Positions 36,265 to 42,206 of a DNA stretch of 42,206 nt are shown piece after piece. The notes beneath the pieces were generated by a model that was not told the origin of the DNA, did no database searches, and worked only from the letters and a program-made list of their open reading frames with translations. Position numbers and translations under genes: made by a program. Source of the stretch: Parasitella parasitica NRRL 2501 (lineage: Eukaryota; Fungi; Mucoromycota); the NCBI GenBank assembly GCA_025201805.1, contig MU619358.1, positions 1-42,206 on the forward strand, written 5' to 3'. Within the stretch, counting starts at the first letter, position 1. Every line of letters begins with the position of its first letter.

Positions 36265-38884
36265 TTACAATCTAGCAGACTTGATGTATTCCAGGTTGTT
36301 TCCGCGATGAAGGATTTGCAATACCAAATTCTACAGGAAGGTTATTGTTAGTGTTTGTAATGCAATAGATTAATACCGAGCTCTTACTCCAAGTTTTGCT
36401 TTTTCTTCCTCGTCATTGACAGGGTTCTTTTGTACAGCATCCCATAAGGCTTCATAAGCACGACCATCTTGCTTACCCAAAGCTGAGTTGAGTTCTCTAT
36501 CAGTAAAGCCAAAGCTATCTGTCAATGGTACAGCGTTATTAGAGATCTTGTTGATAGATTCACGATATTTTTCGTTTAATTTGCTTAGATCAGAAGGATG
36601 AATAGTAGCCGTAGACAAAAATGTGGCCAAGGATGAATAGCCCAAAGTTGACAAACAAAACTAGGAAAAATATTCATTCACAATAAGCATGAAAGCCCTA
36701 ATTGCTTTGAAATAAAAACCAACTTACCAGGTCTGAAATAGACTTCAATGTTGAAGCCAAGCCAGCATATTCGGAAGCTTCAACGGATTTTACCTTGGTA
36801 ATCAAACTCTTCAAGATCAGATATTCAGCATGAGCAAGATTGATTGCCCAGCATTCCATATTCAAATCAGACCATTCTCTTCCATCTTGTAATTGCTGGC
36901 CGAGGTCAGCAACAAGACGAGCAGAGCGTATACTGAAAAGCTTCAGTTGTATCTCAGGATCCAAAATTTGTTGGCCAACGTTGTCGAACTGGAATACCTG
37001 ATCCGTGCCCTCTGCTAAAGTATAGAGATACTCGGCAGTATTAGACGTAACTGACTTTCCTTGAACAACATGTTGTAGTTGCTTGAGCAAGAAACGGGCC
37101 ACCTGTTGTGCCAGTACAAAGTTATCGCCCTCATAAGTGTTGGAAGGGACGAATGTAGCAAACAAATCAGCAACACCGCTGAAAATAGAGTAGCCATGAC
37201 CACCCATGGCTTTACGACATTCTTCAATACCATCAGTAGAACGGCGAGTACTCCAACTTTTGAGAGCGCATGACGTAGCATGGATTTCAGGCAATAATTT
37301 GGCATTATTTGACTCAAGTTGGGTCATAAGCTGATTGAATTGAGCATACAGTCCTTCACCAGCTACAATGAGAGCATAGGCAGTGGCCAGAAGAGGCATC
37401 AAGCGGTGCTGAACAGATGAATAAGAGATGACTTGAGATTCCAGTGTATTACTATCGGCTTTGAAGCTGGGAGGATTATGGAATTGGCGACGGACAGTAC
37501 AATAGCGAATGGCAATGGTGGTTGCTTTGGCCAATTTCCAACCAGCATCGGTAACAATGTCAACACGAAGCTTTACCATACTGCCATAAGAAAGTTTATT
37601 ATGGACAGGTGGAGTATACTTGCCGTCTTTTGTCACTTGGGCAAATTTCATGAGCATATTTTCTCGAGGGATACGAACATGGTCAAATAGAGCATCTATT
37701 TAAATTTGAATTTAGTAAGAGACAAGTGTGTCTCAGATACCAACTTACATCCATTATCTGTAGTGGCAAACCCGCCATACGCTTTTGGGCCAATGTCACC
37801 TACTCGAACACCTTTGCAAGGCTTCAAATCGACTATGGGATTTTAAAAAGTTGTTACCATATATACTAGCAAAATAATAGCTCTCATGATTCTTACTTGG
37901 TGATCTAATGGGAACAATAAATAAATGAGGACCGTGTGATTTTCCATCAATCATTAATTGAGCCTAATATATTCAACCGAAATGTTTTCATACAACATGT
38001 CTTCAAATAAAGCTAAGTAATATTACCTGTACTACGGCATGCGTACTGGCGACGCCTAAACCTCCAATCCACCACTTGGCAGCCTATATCTAATTTTTAA
38101 TAATCCTAAAGTAAGTGTTCATACTAAAAATTACAGTTAAATCTGGGCTATGAATGATGAATTCGTCAGACTGTAGATCATAAACAGCTATAGTGTTCAA
38201 GCCCAAGACATTGGAACCATGGCTATTTAGCGTTAGCAACTAAATTCACATCAATTATATAATATGCATTCACCTTAATTCAGTCTGTGCATAGCAACCT
38301 ATAATTGCATGTCGTTTGGATGCATTGTACCACTTTTCAACCTGGTCAGCAGTTCCTTGAGATTTAACGACAGGCATAAAAGCTACTCACTGCAAGATCA
38401 GCATTTTGGTAAACAAAGATTAACGAGTTGTTAACGTATACCTGAATAATGAAGAGCAAGCTACAGCAAATGATCAATACCATGGAAATAGCATAATTTA
38501 ACAATACTCACTGGTGTCAACATTTCAATCTGTCTGAACAAAGTAGCAAACTCTTCATCGCCCAAATTCTTTTCTTCTATCAAGTCAATCAAACGCTTTG
38601 AAATTAGCAAAGATTGATATAATTGCTATGCAAAGCGATTAGAATATGGTACTTTTTGGGAATTATAGCAATAATATATATACTTCTTGACGGCTTTGAA
38701 ATGGCATCTTGGATTTATCAAACAATGGCTCTTGTTCTGCTAATGCTCTCACTTGATTCAGCTTTTCGACAGCCTTGGGACCACCGCGAAGTAAATAAAG
38801 CATGGATTTACTGGAGAAATCTGCCTTTTTACGAGCATATTCAATGTCTGCATTCATTTGGATCAAGTGTTTATTCTCTGCCAT
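36265..38884 (-). CDS. POX1: Peroxisomal acyl-CoA oxidase, multi-exon
   Basis: GCYAQTEL.HGSNV, AAKWWIGGLG...THAVV, GVRVGDIGPK, AIRYCTVRRQF, EECRKAMGGHGYS, TYEGDNFVLAQQ, NSALG..DG..YE; C-terminal PTS1-like ARL. Confidence 0.95.
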
Positions 38885-39226
38885 TTCTAGTATGATTTGA
38901 CGATATGAAAAGAAGAATAGAGAGAAGAAGGCTTCGAGTACCTCAATTTATAAGAAATCAAATTGGCCGTTTCCTTTGTATCACATGACATGTGTAATTC
39001 ATTCCACAACTTTATGCTGTTATATTGTAGGAAACCCAACTTAATATGATACCTTATGATAATCATTGTAGTTCTTAGAACGTGTACAAGACATTGTGTC
39101 AGCTAAGAAAATTCGAAAAAAAAAAGAAAATAATTTAATACGGTTTTTATAGAGTTACGTGATAACTTTTCACACGAAATAGTTTAAATGAAAGAAGAAT
39201 AAGGTTTTTCCCATTAGAAATAGTAT

Positions 39227-40887
39227 TTAGGCAGTGCTTGCGTTTGAGTCAAACTTATGTGTTGCCGTCCATTGATAATAGTACAGTAAAGCTATTGTAG
39301 GTTGGCCAATCACACAAAATACGATCCTATTATGAGATTAATTAATAATTAAAAAACCAACAGACATGCCACATTTTAAAAACTCACCAGAATATAGTGT
39401 TGCCAAGCGATGTACCTTTGCCTCTCCATTTTTCAATGCCATGTGTAATGGCAATCAATGGTATTTGACCTAGCATCCCCCAGAATGCAAAGCCGGTGAT
39501 TTGATGAGTTGGAATACCTACAAATACTTCATGCAATACCGCAGAAATCAAAAACACCAATAGCTGACATACTGCTGGTGGAACGCCACGGTGCACAGCA
39601 GGGATATAAACGTGGCGTTTGAAGAAAAGGTACACAGGTCTGTTCCAAAGACGCCAATAGGTTGCCAAATTACCAGAATTCCACCACGCTAAATAAAAGG
39701 TACGATCACCAAATCTCAAAACTTCCGCTAAGGCATTCAAGAAAGCGTGAAAGAAAGCATAAAACATGAGCAACCAAATGACGACGGCTGATGTGGATAA
39801 TTTCAGTACACGCTCGACAATAGTAACAAATTTCCTGTCTTCTAAAGCTTGAATTGAATTGGCCAACGTAGGCTTCGCATACTGCTCCGTTAACACATAC
39901 ATCATGACAAGACATGTAATCAGTTCGCCAACACGTTTAAAGAAAAATGTCTTGCGAAACTTTTGAGAGCGAGGATATGATGGCTGATAGCATAAGGTAG
40001 GAGCAAAGAAAAAATACAAGAGGTTTTTGGCATTGACATTGTTTGGATAAGCAGAAGCTTCGGTGTAAAACTCTTCGGATTTCCCCTGTACAAAAGCCTG
40101 GCGCAATTCTTGATTGACGAGTGCAAATGATGTCAGTTTCAAGAAGGCGATTAAGCAAATAATGATAACACCCGAACCAACTATCGGAAAAGAAGATGAA
40201 TGAGTGCAGGGCCCTCCTTCACAAGATTACATTAGATTGGCCTTACCCAAAGGATGATAGATTTGTGTATAAGCAAGATAAGAGGGAAAGGTCAACAGAA
40301 ACACAAGATGAGAAACGTGTGTTACTGCGACAACTCTTTCAAGAATAGTCAGCTTCTTCACAAAATCAGGTTTGGCATCTTTGGCAGCGACAGCTAATTT
40401 ACCCATTCCATACTCCACAATTAGAGATATCACTAGACTAAGAGGGACACATAACCAAGCCAGCAAGAAGAGGCCGATGTCTCGAACGGGTATATGACTA
40501 TGATGAGGGACTCCAATTAAAAGGCCATATTTCATATAATTTTCAATGATTAGTCTAATATTGCTTGCGCCCAATACAAGCACTTTGATACAGAAAGGAT
40601 CAGTACATCTAGCAAATAACCCCTTACATAAACTTACTGCCTAATCTTAGAAAACCACTGTAGTTTTCTGGTGGTGCCTCTTTTGACAACACAGAAGCTT
40701 TGGTTATTGTGTGAATTGGCAAAGTATGAGAAAAGCCAGCATATCCCTTCTTTTTGTCTTCCTTCTCCTCTGTAATTGTCGATACTCTTTTGCTTGTGAT
40801 GTGCAAGTCTCTCCTCTGTCTTGAGTCGGACTGATCATCCTCGCTGTCTGTTACTACCTTCAAAGGTCTTTTCCTAACACTTGCCAT
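39227..40887 (-). CDS. DGAT1: Diacylglycerol O-acyltransferase 1 (MBOAT family), multi-exon
   Basis: NIRLIIENYMKYG, LKLTSFA, YPNN.....L.YF..APTLCYQ.SYPRS, ERVLKLS, AEVLRFGDRTFY.AWWNS, YWRLWNRPV, SAVLHE, GNTIFW...GQP. Confidence 0.93.
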
Positions 40888-41639
40888 GATTATAAACAAC
40901 AAAAGAGAAAGAGAGAAACGCTCTGACAATATTGCCTATTTATTTGAAACGCCGTGTTGTGTGTCCATGGTAAACAGATCCTTATCACATGCTTATTCGA
41001 TACTCGTTATTTTTTCCCTTTTTTCATGACATATAGACATGAAACTTGTTTAGAAACCAGAAATGTAACATAATTTTGTATGTTAATATCTCTTAATCAT
41101 CTTGATCCATGTTGTTTTATGCGTCTACGATATATCCATATAGAGCTATGATGCCAACAAGAAGCATGTGTGAACGAGCTGTTGACTCCGGTTGAATGCA
41201 ATAGTTGCAGGGTCGTTGTTGCTTTTGATACTTGCACATATATTTTTCTTGAATTGAGATGTATCGCATATTTAAAAATTAGTAATATAAAAATGTTCTT
41301 GCATAGTCTTGCAATCTACATAGTTGGATGCAGAATTCATCTGTTGCAAAAAAATAATTAGTATATAAGTTTGATTTATTTATTACTTTCTTGATATCAT
41401 TTAGCAATGAAGGTTCCCTTACCTGCTTAGGTCCAGAAAGAGACACACTGCTGAAATTGAATTCACAGCCTACATAGTCACTGTGTATAATACAATGTGG
41501 CACCATCTCTTTTCAACCAAAGAGCAAGACATGATTGCAACAGGCAGCACGGAAATGTCTTGATACAAATTAATAGTTAAGATTCTGAAATCCATTTTTT
41601 CATAGCTTCATTTTTGGCTCAACTTACCCCCCACACAAT

Positions 41640-41840
41640 CTAAACCATTCCTTAAAAGCATAATTTAACTCCCTGATATCTTTATAAGATATTAAGCGAT
41701 AGGGACACAATCTTCAGCCAAAATCTACTTTTTTGCATCTTCCCACAACATATCCGAGTCTCATTCACCTCTGGTTATTTTTCAGATTTTGATCTGTTTG
41801 GACTCAAAACCTCAAACTCGATTTTCACTTTTCCACTATT
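41640..41840 (+). repeat. Dispersed diverged repeat, copy 2 (probable transposon end)
   Basis: Collinear similarity to 11890-12100. Confidence 0.75.
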
Positions 41841-41998
41841 GTTTGTCGTACCTATAACAATCTCAGTTGCCTCCGCTTCGGCTTCCAATGTGGTAAATGC
41901 TCTCAGAGCCACGCTTTATTTTTCATATATATAGTAATAATAAATTTGAATCCCTTTCTTCCCTATATCTTTCAAAGCCGCGCATCGTGGAACAAACT

Positions 41999-42206
41999 AT
42001 GAGTGATATCAATGATGATCAAACAACAAAATACCTTACTACTACCGAGGCATTTGAATTATTTAAGCGCCTCCAACTGGAAGAGCGACAACAAAGAGAA
42101 GAAAGGGTACATGGCTCAGAATTGCCATTGGACATATCACAATATCTTGATAGCACGCCAGCATATGAACTCAAGGAGGAATTTAAACAATTTAAAAGAC
42201 AGGTTG
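41999..42206 (+). CDS. 5' part of an ORF running off the window end (possibly transposon-encoded)
   Basis: ATG at 41999, stop-free to the window end: MSDINDDQTTKYLTTTEAFELFKRLQLEERQQREE...ELKEEFKQFKRQV. Confidence 0.45.
   Translation, partial: MSDINDDQTTKYLTTTEAFELFKRLQLEERQQREERVHGSELPLDISQYLDSTPAYELKEEFKQFKRQV

Noticed and set aside
1-42206. tRNA, rRNA and CRISPR arrays
   Set aside because: None recognisable by eye; a covariance-model scan would be needed to exclude small RNAs.

Overview
This is AT-rich eukaryotic DNA with many short (about 50-80 nt) spliceosomal introns, typical of an early-diverging fungus (most likely Mucorales; inferred from gene style). Host genes, in order: BRWD/PHIP-like WD40-bromodomain protein, a decayed RKI1 pseudogene, RIB7, histone H1, a coiled-coil protein, RLP24, a RasGEF, a very short shugoshin, a type II glycosyltransferase, UAP1, a GSI-type glutamine-synthetase-family enzyme, cytochrome b5, a DMT/SLC35-type transporter, a hypothetical protein, acyl-CoA oxidase and DGAT1. 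An assembly gap lies at 12595-13053. The most notable region is 23.3-27.2 kb. It holds a 1632-bp non-autonomous element (25538-27169) with PIF/Harbinger-like 21-bp TIRs and a TAA target-site duplication. The element carries an intron-containing Fanzor (eukaryotic TnpB-family RuvC nuclease) gene with all three catalytic residues, followed by a structured candidate omega-RNA region. Two older, divergent Fanzor relics lie beside it. Multi-exon gene coordinates are spans inferred by eye from splice signals; family assignments rest on motif recognition, not database searches.
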